A stretch of 64,000 bases of DNA from NCBI GenBank assembly GCA_963814035.1, contig CAWFBH010000002.1:189165-253164 (forward strand), in the 5' to 3' direction. Numbering within the stretch: the stretch's first letter is position 1; every line of letters starts with the position of its first letter. A program made the translations under genes and the position numbers. The DNA is from an uncultured delta proteobacterium (lineage in GTDB: Bacteria; Desulfobacterota; Binatia; Binatales; Binataceae). The notes beneath the pieces were generated by a model. That model was not told the DNA's origin and made no database searches. It saw only the letters and a list, made by a program, of their open reading frames with translations. Below, piece after piece: positions 42,204 through 55,316 of this stretch.

Positions 42204-42830
42204 AGCCGTTTATCAGCCTGAGGTCAGGCTGTGGCACCTCCAAAAGCGAGGTCTGAGAGCATCGAGACCATGTGCATCGGCGTGGCCCTCCCGATGAATC
42301 GTGGGCACCATTGCAACAGACAATGTTACTCGACGATTCGAGTTTTGGAGTATTTAGCAATGATTTGTTGCTGTCAAGCAATATGTAGCACGTTTGAGTA
42401 TGTTTTGTTTACTTTACACAAAAATTATTAGGTTGGAGTAAACGTGCTGCGACGTGTGGTTGGCCCTGCTTTAGCGACGAAACCCGGAGGGCTGTTTCAA
42501 GAAACATCAGCATTTTCAATGATAAAATGGGTTTGTTTTGTCATTTTTCGATGTTGTACATCACGCCCTGAGCCTCGAGCAGACGGCCTTCCGCCGATGC
42601 CTAATGGGTTTGTTTTTTCGTTCTGCAATTGCTGCAAGAGTCCAAGCATGTAGAGGCCCACGCAAATCGAAGAAACCCGCATAGATGCTCGATGAAGTGG
42701 GTTTGTTTTTGCATTTTCATGATGCTCAAGAAGGCGAATCCATCCACGCCGCCGCGCGCGAAGCCGATCGGCGCCGCCGCTATGAATTAAGGATTTACCT
42801 ATCGCCCCAAAAATGAAAGGGCGGACTGGG
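42204..42830. other. AT-rich (~45% GC) intergenic island with three direct copies of TGGGTTTGTTTT (42527, 42604, 42697), each opening a tiny ORF beginning (M/V)GLF...; hairpin CAGCCTG-aggt-CAGGCTG at 42213
   Basis: direct inspection. Compositional contrast with the 65% GC flanks. Confidence 0.5.
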
Positions 42831-44078
42831 TCAGGCTGGCGCGATGCCCGGAGCCGGGAACTTCCTGCACACCTCACTGACCTCGCCCGCGATGCGCGCG
42901 AGCGCCGCGTCGTCCTTGCGCTGCGATATCGCGTCCTCCATCCACTTCGCGATGAGGCGCATCTCGCCCTCGCCCATCCCGCGCGAGGTTACCGCCGGCG
43001 TGCCGAGGCGGATGCCGCTCGGGCTGAACGGCTTGCGCGGGTCGTAAGGAACGGTGTTGGAGTTGCACACGATGCCGGCTTTATCGAGCGCGGTGGCGGC
43101 CTGCTTTCCGGTGACCTTCTTATTGGTCAGGTCGATGAGCAACAGATGATTGTCCGTCCCGCCCGACACGAGGCTGAAACCGCGCGCGAGGAGGTCCTCG
43201 GCGAGCGCCTTCGCGTTGCGCACTATCTGATTCGCATAGGCCTTGAATTCCGGCGTCGCGGCTTCCTTGAGCGCCACCGCGATCGCCGCCGTGGTCTGGT
43301 TATGCGGACCGCCCTGCAGGCCGGGAAAAACCGCGCGATCGATGTCGGCCGCGACCGCGTCGGTACACATGATCATCGCGCCGCGCGGGCCGCGCAGCGT
43401 CTTATGCGTCGTGGTGCTGATAACATCGGCATAAGGCACCGGCGACGGATGAACCCCGCCCACGATCAGCCCCGCGATATGCGCGATGTCCGCCAGGAAG
43501 TATGCGCCGACCTCCTTCGCGATTTCACCGAACGCCTTGAAATCGATGATGCGTGGATAGGCCGTCGCGCCCGCCACGATGATGCGCGGCTTTTCCTTCC
43601 TGGCGAGTTCACGCATCGCGTCGTAGTCAATCCGATGGGTCTCGCGATCGACGCTATACGGCACCGACCGCCAGAATTTGCTGGTCACACTGACGTCCCA
43701 TCCGTGGGTCAGATGGCCTCCGTGCGGAAGCGCCATCCCCATGATCGTCTCGCCCGGCTTAAGCAGGCCGGAATAGACCGCGAGGTTGGCCGGCGAGCCC
43801 GAGTAGGGCTGGACATTAACGTGCTCGACGCCGAAGAGGCTTTTGGCGCGCTCGATGGCGAGCGTCTCGATCTGATCGATGTAGCGCTGTCCCTCGTAAT
43901 ATCTCTTGCCGGGATAGCCTTCGGAATATTTGTTCTGGAGAACGGAGCCGCTCGCTTCGAGCACGGCTTTGGAGGCGTAGTTTTCCGAGGGGATGAGGCG
44001 CACGGAATCGATCTCGTAGCGCTCTTCGCTTTTGATCAGTTCATAGATCTCGGGATCGGTACGCTTCAAATCATCCAC
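42831..44078 (-). CDS. glyA: serine hydroxymethyltransferase
   Basis: full-length 415-aa serine hydroxymethyltransferase (SHMT). Confidence 0.9.
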   Translation of the reverse strand: MDDLKRTDPEIYELIKSEERYEIDSVRLIPSENYASKAVLEASGSVLQNKYSEGYPGKRYYEGQRYIDQIETLAIERAKSLFGVEHVNVQPYSGSPANLAVYSGLLKPGETIMGMALPHGGHLTHGWDVSVTSKFWRSVPYSVDRETHRIDYDAMRELARKEKPRIIVAGATAYPRIIDFKAFGEIAKEVGAYFLADIAHIAGLIVGGVHPSPVPYADVISTTTHKTLRGPRGAMIMCTDAVAADIDRAVFPGLQGGPHNQTTAAIAVALKEAATPEFKAYANQIVRNAKALAEDLLARGFSLVSGGTDNHLLLIDLTNKKVTGKQAATALDKAGIVCNSNTVPYDPRKPFSPSGIRLGTPAVTSRGMGEGEMRLIAKWMEDAISQRKDDAALARIAGEVSEVCRKFPAPGIAPA

Positions 44079-44253
44079 AGAGCTGCTCCTGGCATCGAAA
44101 AATAGAAGGACGATTGTACCAGCCGCGCGCCGAAACTTAACAGACGACTCAAATTCACAAACGCCTGCGCTCGCTCTGTCGCCGGCTCAGCGCGTTTCAT
44201 GCTTGGGCCCGATTGTGAGAATATCGCGCTCCAAACTCAGGAGGGACTTGCTC

Positions 44254-44562
44254 ATGTCAAGGCGGCGGTCGCTAGCGATTCTACTTTCCATATCTGTGCT
44301 GACGCTAGGAGCACGCATTGCGCGCGCACAGGATGCGAGCACCACCGCTCGACAGGCCGTGAGGGCCTTCCCCTGCCCGAGCGGAGATTCGAGTTGCGGA
44401 AATGGCGTCTCAACCGCTGCCAAAAAACCGCTCAAGCGAAAACATCGCAAACACGAAGATAGCGCCGAATCGACAAACTCCGATGGTTCTAACCCTAACC
44501 AGAAGGTCGAAGAAGCGCCGGCGAACGACTCGCACTACACAGACCCAGGCCCTGAGCAATGA
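44254..44562 (+). CDS. small secreted hypothetical protein (signal peptide, Lys/His-rich tail)
   Basis: AGGAGG Shine-Dalgarno 9 nt upstream of the ATG. Signal peptide MSRRRSLAILLSISVLTLGARIARA. Confidence 0.5.
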   Translation: MSRRRSLAILLSISVLTLGARIARAQDASTTARQAVRAFPCPSGDSSCGNGVSTAAKKPLKRKHRKHEDSAESTNSDGSNPNQKVEEAPANDSHYTDPGPEQ

Positions 44563-44581
44563 GTCGGGAAGCGATAGCTGC

Positions 44582-45938
44582 TTACTGCAAGTCGGGAGGG
44601 GTGACTTTCGCGATCCACTCGCGATAGTTGCCGTTGTAGCCCACCGCTTGCTGGCGCGCGCGCACTTTCGCGAGGATCGCATCGACCTGCTCGCTGGATA
44701 GATCCCCTCTCCGGTCCATCGCGGCACCAATTTTTGCTGCTTCGGCATCTACATTCTGGCGCACTACTTCGGCCAGCGAGAGCGGTTTATCGTTCAAACC
44801 CAGATAGCTCTCCGCGACGATGGTGCCAATCTCGGTGCCGCTTTCCAGCGAATCCTTGATGTTGCCCTTGCCGGTGAGCACGTTGCCGGCGGCGAACACC
44901 GCCGTGTCACCATCGAAGAGCAGACCAGTCTTCACATCGCGATACTGATAGACCTCACCCTTTTGCGGCACGCCAGGGATGGGCTCAGGGATGCTGCCGA
45001 TCGAGCTGATCGTCATTTCACCGCGAACATCCTCGCTGGTATCGGGAACCGTGCGAACCTGGCCATCGGCCACTTCGGTGCGGCTGAACTTGACGCCTAC
45101 CATCCTGTGGTTCTCGACGATGACGCCGGTCGGCACGCGAAGCTCCTGGAACTCGAACAGAAACTTGCGCATCGCTTTTTCGAGGATCTTGCTTCGCGCA
45201 TTGCGCATCGCTTCCTGGCGCTTCGGGGGCGCATCGGGGGGGACGTCGGAAAGCGGCATATCGATCACGCGGCGGCGATAGAACAGCTTGCACGGCTTGA
45301 TGGCGAGGTCGGCGTACTTGAGGCCGTGCGACTCGACGACCGGCTCGACGCCCTCGCGCTCCAGCCGCACCATGTCCTCTTGAATGCCGCGGGCGGCCAG
45401 CGCCTTGAGCGTCATCTCGATTTGCAGAACTTTGACTACGTCGATGGAGGCCAAACCGCCACCGACCACAATTGCGCCGGGCGTCAGCTCATAGCGCGGG
45501 CCATTGTAGGTTTTCTCCGGGATAATGGTTGAACCAGTAAATCAGCGGATTCTGATAGACGAGGCCTTTATCGACAAACTGATCCGCGCCCTCGACCGGA
45601 AACGGACGATCTCGCCATGCGCCATGGGTAAGCACAAGAACATTGAGGCCCCAATTGGTGCGGAGGTCCTCGAAATCGACATCGCGTCCCAAGCGGCTGC
45701 CGGGAACGAACTCGATGTTCGGATGCTCGAGGCGTTCGTTGATCTCCTCGTACTCATCCTTGCGCTGCTTGACGTGCCATCGCGGAAGGCCGTCCTCGAT
45801 TTTCCCGTAGGGCCGAAGGTTCTGCTCAAACACGATGACGAGTGCGCCGCGTTGCGCCAGTATCCTGGCGATTTCGGATCCCGCGGTCGCTGCGCCGATC
45901 ACCGCTACGACATGACGCGACTGATTGCTCGGTGCCAT
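44582..45938 (-). CDS. FAD-dependent NADPH:ferredoxin (adrenodoxin-reductase/FprA-like) oxidoreductase, frameshift ~45480
   Basis: dinucleotide motif VAVIGAATAGSEIARIL. ~450 aa collinear with the FprA family. Confidence 0.65.
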
Positions 45939-46100
45939 AAAGAGGGAAGTATTAGTTATCGTTTGAGGCGACGTTTTACAATCCTTTCTTGAAGCGCGCC
46001 GATGTGGAGCGTTGTCGTCGCGCGACTTGCGCACGTAGATCGCGCATGGTTTCCTTGATCCGCGATGGCGGAGGCGATTCTTTCACGAGGTTTGAGGCGC

Positions 46101-46763
46101 ATGACCGTCATTGCCGGTGCCATCGCCCTCCTCACCTCATTATCGGGCTGCTTCGGAATTTTTACCCGCTCCGATAATGATGTCGCGGTGGGCGAGGAGC
46201 ACGAGGTCGATATCCCGGAAGACCAGGCCTACGTGATGACGCAGGATGTGCTGCGTGGCCAGGGAGTACTGTACGACCGCGATCCAGGTCATAGGATCAT
46301 CACGCTGTGGAAGCCCGCCGACAAGCCTGAAGGCACCTTCTCCAACCTGATCGGCAATGTTGCGCGATATCGCTATGAGATCGAAGTGGTACCCGAGGGG
46401 AGCCGTCGCAGCAAGATCGTCGCGAATCTACGCACCGAAAACATTCCAGCTGACGAGATAGACAACTACAAGCCGAGCAAGAAGCTCAATCTGTTCGCGG
46501 ATTTCGACCAGCTGGCATTGAAGCTGCCGCCCCCTCCGTTGACGCCGGGCAGCGGCGGGGTAAATTTCGCTTTGCTTCCCGGCGAGGACCTCGCGGCGCT
46601 CTCGAAGCGGGTCACTGGAAATCCGGATAACTGGCCTCAGATCGCGAAAGACAACGGACTCAAATCAGTCAATGATACCGCCGGCCTGCAGAGCGTATGG
46701 GTGGCGAATTCGCTGATTCCGAAGCCCAAGGCGAGCGCGCCACATCCGGTGGCCGGACCATGA
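46101..46763 (+). CDS. lipoprotein with C-terminal LysM-like domain
   Basis: lipobox LTSLSGC; ...EDLAALSKRVTGNPDNWPQIAKDNGL... Confidence 0.55.
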   Translation: MTVIAGAIALLTSLSGCFGIFTRSDNDVAVGEEHEVDIPEDQAYVMTQDVLRGQGVLYDRDPGHRIITLWKPADKPEGTFSNLIGNVARYRYEIEVVPEGSRRSKIVANLRTENIPADEIDNYKPSKKLNLFADFDQLALKLPPPPLTPGSGGVNFALLPGEDLAALSKRVTGNPDNWPQIAKDNGLKSVNDTAGLQSVWVANSLIPKPKASAPHPVAGP

Positions 46764-46809
46764 GCGTGGAGACCGAGGGCAAGCCTCGACGAGGTCGAGG
46801 CCTGGGTGG

Positions 46810-47136
46810 TCAGTCGGCAGTTATTGTCCCGCTCGCATCGTACTCGGGACACAGCGCGCCGGGATTCACCGCCGCGACGACCGAGAGGAACTGCTCGAAC
46901 GTCATGTGAAGATTCAGGAATCCACCTTGGCAGAACACCCATCCAAAGTATTCGAGAATCTCGTCGGGAATCATGGCCGGCAGCCGCGGGGTCGTCGATA
47001 CCGACGGGAACGGTCGCGCGGGTGCGGTTGCTGCGCGCAGAGCTTCCATCGCCTCGATGGAGACGCTGGTATCTCCATCGGCAACCACATTGCCCTCGCG
47101 TAGCGGTATCACCTTGCCTCTGCTGTTTCGGAACAT
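46810..47136 (-). CDS. hypothetical protein
   Basis: ORF only, in a 550-bp gap between genes. Confidence 0.3.
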   Translation of the reverse strand: MFRNSRGKVIPLREGNVVADGDTSVSIEAMEALRAATAPARPFPSVSTTPRLPAMIPDEILEYFGWVFCQGGFLNLHMTFEQFLSVVAAVNPGALCPEYDASGTITAD

Positions 47137-47312
47137 AGGCCCTGGTCCTCCTGACCCCCCGCGAGCCTCCATAACCATCACTAATTGTAAAGTAACTCGC
47201 CTGCTCGTCAAGGGCGGTAGTTACAGGACGGCAGCCGCGCAAGATGACGAAGATAGTCTAAAGACGCCTAAAGATGCAACCGCGACATTCCGCATAACCA
47301 GAGGAAAGATAC

Positions 47313-48101
47313 ATGATTACCGAATTACAGGCCCTTATCCTCGGCGCGGTGCAGGGTTTGACCGAGTTTCTCCCGGTTTCGAGCTCGGCGCATCTCGTCT
47401 TGGTCCCCTGGCTGTTCGGATGGAATGATCCCGGACTCGCCTTCGATGTCGCTTTGCATCTGGGAAGTTTGCTCGCACTGCTCATCTATTATTGGCGGCA
47501 ATGGCTCTCGATGGCGCTCTCCATCGTACGACCTGATCCTGATTCCCGTCGCCTGCTGATTCTGCTTATCGTGGCTTCGGTCCCCGGCGCGGTAATTGGT
47601 TTGCTGCTTGAGAAACAGGCTGAAACGATTTTTCGTTCGCCCATCCTCATCGCGTCCACCTTGGCTGTGATGGGCGTGGTGTTATGGATCGCTGACGTGA
47701 TGGGCCGCCGCAAAAAGAAGATGGACAACATCTATCTCGGTGATGCGATCCTCATCGGGCTCAGCCAGGCGCTCGCGATTATCCCCGGGGTGTCGCGCTC
47801 GGGAGCGACCATCACCACCGGCCGCATCCTCGGCATCGAGCGGCAGGATGCCGCGAACTTTTCCTTCCTGATGGCGACCCCAATCATAGCCGGCGCCGGC
47901 CTGCATGAGATGCCGAAGATCATGCATGGCGGCATCAACGGCATCGTCGTCGCCGGATTCGTCTCCTCGGCGGTTTTCAGCCTCATCGCGATCGCGGCCC
48001 TGATCAGCTTCGTGCGCTCCCGAACCTACAAACCGTTCGCGTGGTACCGGATCGCAGTCGCGATTTTCGTCGCGATAGTGTACTTGAGTCGCAACGGGTG
48101 A
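47313..48101 (+). CDS. uppP: undecaprenyl-diphosphate phosphatase
   Basis: full-length BacA/UppP (SSSAHL, PGVSRSG motifs). Confidence 0.9.
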   Translation: MITELQALILGAVQGLTEFLPVSSSAHLVLVPWLFGWNDPGLAFDVALHLGSLLALLIYYWRQWLSMALSIVRPDPDSRRLLILLIVASVPGAVIGLLLEKQAETIFRSPILIASTLAVMGVVLWIADVMGRRKKKMDNIYLGDAILIGLSQALAIIPGVSRSGATITTGRILGIERQDAANFSFLMATPIIAGAGLHEMPKIMHGGINGIVVAGFVSSAVFSLIAIAALISFVRSRTYKPFAWYRIAVAIFVAIVYLSRNG

Positions 48102-48172
48102 AACTTTCGCCTCCCTCAACTGCCTCCAACCGGCATCATCGGCACTCGCGCGCCTTCCAGATCGGCTTTGCG

Positions 48173-49081
48173 ATGGCGGTCGCGAACACCCTCATCGGTG
48201 CGACGCAGCCGGTGCTCACCCGCTATGCGGCGGTGCGCCTCGATCCGATTCTCTTTTGCGCCGCGGTCACCACCATCGCGGCGATGTGCGCACTGCCGGT
48301 CATGCATCATCGCGGACAGCTCGCGATGCTTTTCGACCGCCGCTACCTTCCGTGGCTCATCGCGATGTCGATGAGCGGCACCGTCATGACCAGCCTCACG
48401 CTGATTTACGGGATGCAGCAGATCAACGCTATCGCGACCGTCATCCTGCTCCAGACCGAGCCGGTGTACTCGCTGATACTGTCCGTCGTGGTGGTCGGCG
48501 AGCGCCCCTCGCCGCGCCAGCTCCTCGCGACCGGCGCCATTCTGGCCGGGATCGGTTCGGTATTCTGGGCCGGCAACGCCTTCTCTCCGATGTTCGCCGC
48601 GATGCTCCTCTTCATCACCCCGTTTTTCTGGCAAACCTCGCACGTGCTGGGCCTGCGCGTGATGCCGCCGCTCACGCCCATCGGCGTCGCGGGCGCGCGC
48701 TTCATTTTCGCCGCCTGCGCCTTCATCCCGATGTTCCTCCTTCGCCCGAGCGCCTCGCTCACGCAGCTCGCCGACCCGCGCCTGCTGATGGTCATCCTCG
48801 CAATCGGCTTCTTCGTCTATTTCCTCTCGGCGCTGACCTGGTATGGCGCTATCAGCCGCCTTTCGCTCTCATGGACGACCGCGCTGGTAGTTCCCGGCAT
48901 CCCGTTGATCTCGATGGTGTTCGCGATGGTCTTTCTCGGCGAGCATCCCACCGCGCATGAGATCATCGGCGTGCTCATCGCGATCGGCGGCGTGCTGGCG
49001 CTGGTGCTCGGCTCCGACCCGCATCGCAAGGTTGGCGGCGTCATCGAGGCGGCCGAGGCAATCCATCAGCCGATCAGTTGA
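48173..49081 (+). CDS. EamA-family (DMT superfamily) transporter
   Basis: 10-TM duplicated EamA architecture. Confidence 0.7.
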   Translation: MAVANTLIGATQPVLTRYAAVRLDPILFCAAVTTIAAMCALPVMHHRGQLAMLFDRRYLPWLIAMSMSGTVMTSLTLIYGMQQINAIATVILLQTEPVYSLILSVVVVGERPSPRQLLATGAILAGIGSVFWAGNAFSPMFAAMLLFITPFFWQTSHVLGLRVMPPLTPIGVAGARFIFAACAFIPMFLLRPSASLTQLADPRLLMVILAIGFFVYFLSALTWYGAISRLSLSWTTALVVPGIPLISMVFAMVFLGEHPTAHEIIGVLIAIGGVLALVLGSDPHRKVGGVIEAAEAIHQPIS

Positions 49082-49184
49082 GCAGCCGATCAGGTGAGCG
49101 GTTGACGAACCCGCGCGAGGTAGTCTTTAGTGGCGCGATAGGAAACACGGCGCGTCGGCGCCGACATCAAGCGAGGAAAATCAC

Positions 49185-49388
49185 ATGGCTCGAGTAGTCA
49201 AGCATGACGCGCAGGCGCCCTACGAAATTCCGGAAGGGACCGAGCTCCCCATCTACATCTGCGGATGCGGTCTGTCGAAGAACAAGCCCTACTGCGATGG
49301 CTCGCACAAGAAGACCCGCGCCGAAGCGGCCGGCGAAGTTTACGAATACGACGAAAACGGCAACGCGCGCCTCGTCGCCAAACACTAA
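49185..49388 (+). CDS. CDGSH iron-sulfur domain protein
   Basis: CGCGLSKNKPYCDGSHKK. Confidence 0.75.
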   Translation: MARVVKHDAQAPYEIPEGTELPIYICGCGLSKNKPYCDGSHKKTRAEAAGEVYEYDENGNARLVAKH

Positions 49389-49505
49389 AGGTTCCTAAAA
49401 CTCGCTGCACACCTTCATCATCTCTCCCTGCTGGGAAAGACAAGAGAGAGGGCTGGAATACCACGGAGCTCCGCTCTGCCCTTCCCCCCATGATGGGGGA
49501 AGTGG

Positions 49506-52715
<3,210 letters not shown>

Positions 52716-52718
52716 TTC

Positions 52719-53936
52719 TTACGTCCGATCACTTTGAGTGTTGTGCGACGCGGTGGCAGCAGCCTCATCGGCAATCACGCGATCGAGGGATTCGGCGCCG
52801 TAGCGGGGAAACGCCTCGACCAGCTTGCGGAATCGCGCGAACAGATAGCCCGCATCATGCGGACCCGGCGACGCCTCCGGATGATACTGCACTGAGAAAA
52901 ACGGCACGCCGACGCCGCGCAGGCCTTCGACGGTGTTGTCGTTGAGGTTGACGTGCGAGAGCTCGGCGCGACTGCGCACCGAATCGGCATCGACCGCGAA
53001 GCCATGATTCTGCGAGGTGATTTCGACCTTGCTGGTGCGGAGGTCCTTGACCGGATGATTCGCGCCATGATGCCCGAAGTTCAATTTGTAGGTTTTTCCT
53101 CCCAGGGCGAGACCGAGAATCTGATGCCCGAGGCAAATCCCGAACACCGGCTTCTTGCCGAGGACGCCCTTCACCGCCTGGCGCGCGTAGGGCAGCGCGG
53201 CGGGATCGCCGGGACCGTTGGAGAGAAAAATCCCGTCGGGATTGTGCGCGAGGATTTCCTCGGCGGTAGAAGTCGCTGGCAGCACCTTCACCCGAAACCG
53301 CGTCGAGGTCAGCCGCCGCAGGATGTTGAGCTTGATGCCATAATCGAGCGCCACAATCAGTGGCGCATCGCGAAGCTCCTCGCGCAGGTTGCGATAGCCG
53401 CTGCCGAGCACCCAGTCGCCAAGGTCCCAGTCATAAGGCTCGCCGCATGAAACCTCGGTCACCAGATCCCGTCCGATGAGACCGGGCGACGCTTTTGCCT
53501 TGCGCACGACAGAGTCAGGATTCAAATCGATGCTGGAGATCACTGCTTCCTGCGCGCCGTGCAAGCGGATGTGGCGCACCAGCGCGCGAGTGTCGATGCC
53601 CTCGATGCCGACGACACCGGCGGCTTTCAGGTAGTCGCCGAGCGATTCCTCAGAGCGCCAGTTCGAAGGGCGCGGCAAATATTCCTTGACGATGAAACCC
53701 TCGACATAGACGCGCGATGACTCCGCGTCTTCGCGATTGATGCCGACGTTGCCGATTTCCGGATACGTCATGCACACCATCTGCCCTTTGTAGGACGGGT
53801 CGGTGAGCACTTCCTGGTAACCGGTCATCGCGGTGTTGAAGACAACCTCGCCGACCGCTTCGCCAATCGCGCCGAACGCGTGTCCGCGAAAGGTGCGGCC
53901 GTCGGCAAGCGCCAGTATCGCCTCCTGCTTCGCCAT
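52719..53936 (-). CDS. carA: carbamoyl-phosphate synthase small subunit (glutamine amidotransferase)
   Basis: 405 aa. GICLGHQ catalytic Cys motif. Confidence 0.9.
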   Translation of the reverse strand: MAKQEAILALADGRTFRGHAFGAIGEAVGEVVFNTAMTGYQEVLTDPSYKGQMVCMTYPEIGNVGINREDAESSRVYVEGFIVKEYLPRPSNWRSEESLGDYLKAAGVVGIEGIDTRALVRHIRLHGAQEAVISSIDLNPDSVVRKAKASPGLIGRDLVTEVSCGEPYDWDLGDWVLGSGYRNLREELRDAPLIVALDYGIKLNILRRLTSTRFRVKVLPATSTAEEILAHNPDGIFLSNGPGDPAALPYARQAVKGVLGKKPVFGICLGHQILGLALGGKTYKLNFGHHGANHPVKDLRTSKVEITSQNHGFAVDADSVRSRAELSHVNLNDNTVEGLRGVGVPFFSVQYHPEASPGPHDAGYLFARFRKLVEAFPRYGAESLDRVIADEAAATASHNTQSDRT

Positions 53937-55316
53937 CAGACGCGATGCGCTCCTCTTCCGTTGGATCTGGCGTCGTACACGATTTCACCTCCGACGATGG
54001 TCAAAACTGTTTTGCCTTTGAGCTGCATACCCGCGAATGGAGTGTTGCGACTCTTCGAGAGAAACCTCGCGGGCTCGACCGTCCAACCCAATTCAGGATC
54101 GATGACGGTGACATCCGCCGCGAGCCCATGCGAGAGCGTGCCCGCCTCCATCCGCAGTAAACGCGCAGGATTAGCGGACATCAATTCCACCAGCCTCCGC
54201 GGGGAGATTATTTTTTTGTGAACGAGGCCCATGGCGAGGCCGAGCGAGGTTTCCAATCCGATGATGCCGTTGGCCGCGCGCATGAAGGCGCTCGCCGCGC
54301 CATCGGGCAGATGTGGCGCCGCTCGCGCCCATTGGAAAGCATCCGGCAAGATGGATGAAATTCTTGGAGTCCGGATCATGTGGCGCGTGATCGGTCGCGA
54401 TCACGTCGATGGTGCCGTCGGCCATCGCCGCATGGAGCGTTTCGAGGTCGCGTTCGGTGCGCAACGGAGGGTTCATCTTGGCGTTGGGACCCCATTCGAG
54501 GATCGCGTGCTCCTCCAGCCAAAAATGATGCGGCGTCACTTCGCAGGTGACATGCGCGCCGTTGCTCCGCGCGTGGCGGACCAGTTCGACCGACTCGGCG
54601 CACGACAGATGCGCGATATGCACGGGAGCCTCGGTGCCGATGGCAAGCGCGAGATCGCGGCGGATGCGCGCGGTCTCGGCAGACGCGGAATAACCCTTCA
54701 CGCCGAGGCGCTTGGACACCTCGCCGGCATTGGCTGCACCCTCTTCAGAGAGATGGCGGTCTTCCTCGTGCAACGACACCGCGAAATTCAGGCGCGATAG
54801 TTCGTCCAGCGCGCGCGACAAAATCACCTGGTCATCGATAGGAATGCCATCATCCGAAAAGAGCCGCGCGCCGGCTTCAACCATCGCGGCGAAATCGACC
54901 AGCTCGGCGCCGTGCAACCCCTTCGTTACCGCGGAGACCGGAATGAGGCGGGTGGCGTGAACCTCGCGCGCGCGATCGAGCATGTAGCGCGTGATCTCGG
55001 GGGTGTCGTTGACCGGCGAGGTATTCGCCATCGCAGCGACGGCGGTGAGGCCTCCAGCGGCAGCTGCGCGCAGACCCGTAGCGATAGTTTCCTTCTGAGG
55101 AAATCCGGGATCGCGCAAATGCACATGAGGGTCGATGAGACCCGGCATCACCCACCAGCCGTTTGCATCGATGGTAGGCACGCCCTCCGCTGCTCGAAGC
55201 TGGCCGGGATCGGCAACCGCCTCGATGAGGCCATCGATTACGAGCACGTCAGCATCACCGTCGCGGTCGTTAGCCGGATCGATGACGCGCCCGCCGCTGA
55301 GCAAAAACGACTTCAC
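53936..55316 (-). CDS. pyrC: dihydroorotase (frameshift ~54375)
   Basis: [10 protein letters not shown] metal-binding start. The C-terminal part is in frame 53936..54379. Confidence 0.8.

Noticed and set aside
42213-42230. SRP-RNA-like motif CCTGAGGTCAGGCTG
   Set aside because: There is only a short hairpin. The conserved SRP domain IV (GGUCCGGAAGGAAGCAGCC-like) is not present around it.
42520-42720. possible CRISPR array (three repeats of TGGGTTTGTTTT)
   Set aside because: Repeat only 12-14 bp, spacing irregular (78 and 93 bp), only 3 copies, no cas genes nearby, no leader. This is not a CRISPR.
49390-49505. bidirectional terminator between CDGSH gene and carB (hairpin CTTCCCCC-catgat-GGGGGAAG)
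   Set aside because: There is a perfect 8-bp stem but no flanking U/T run on either strand, so this is too weak to call as a feature.
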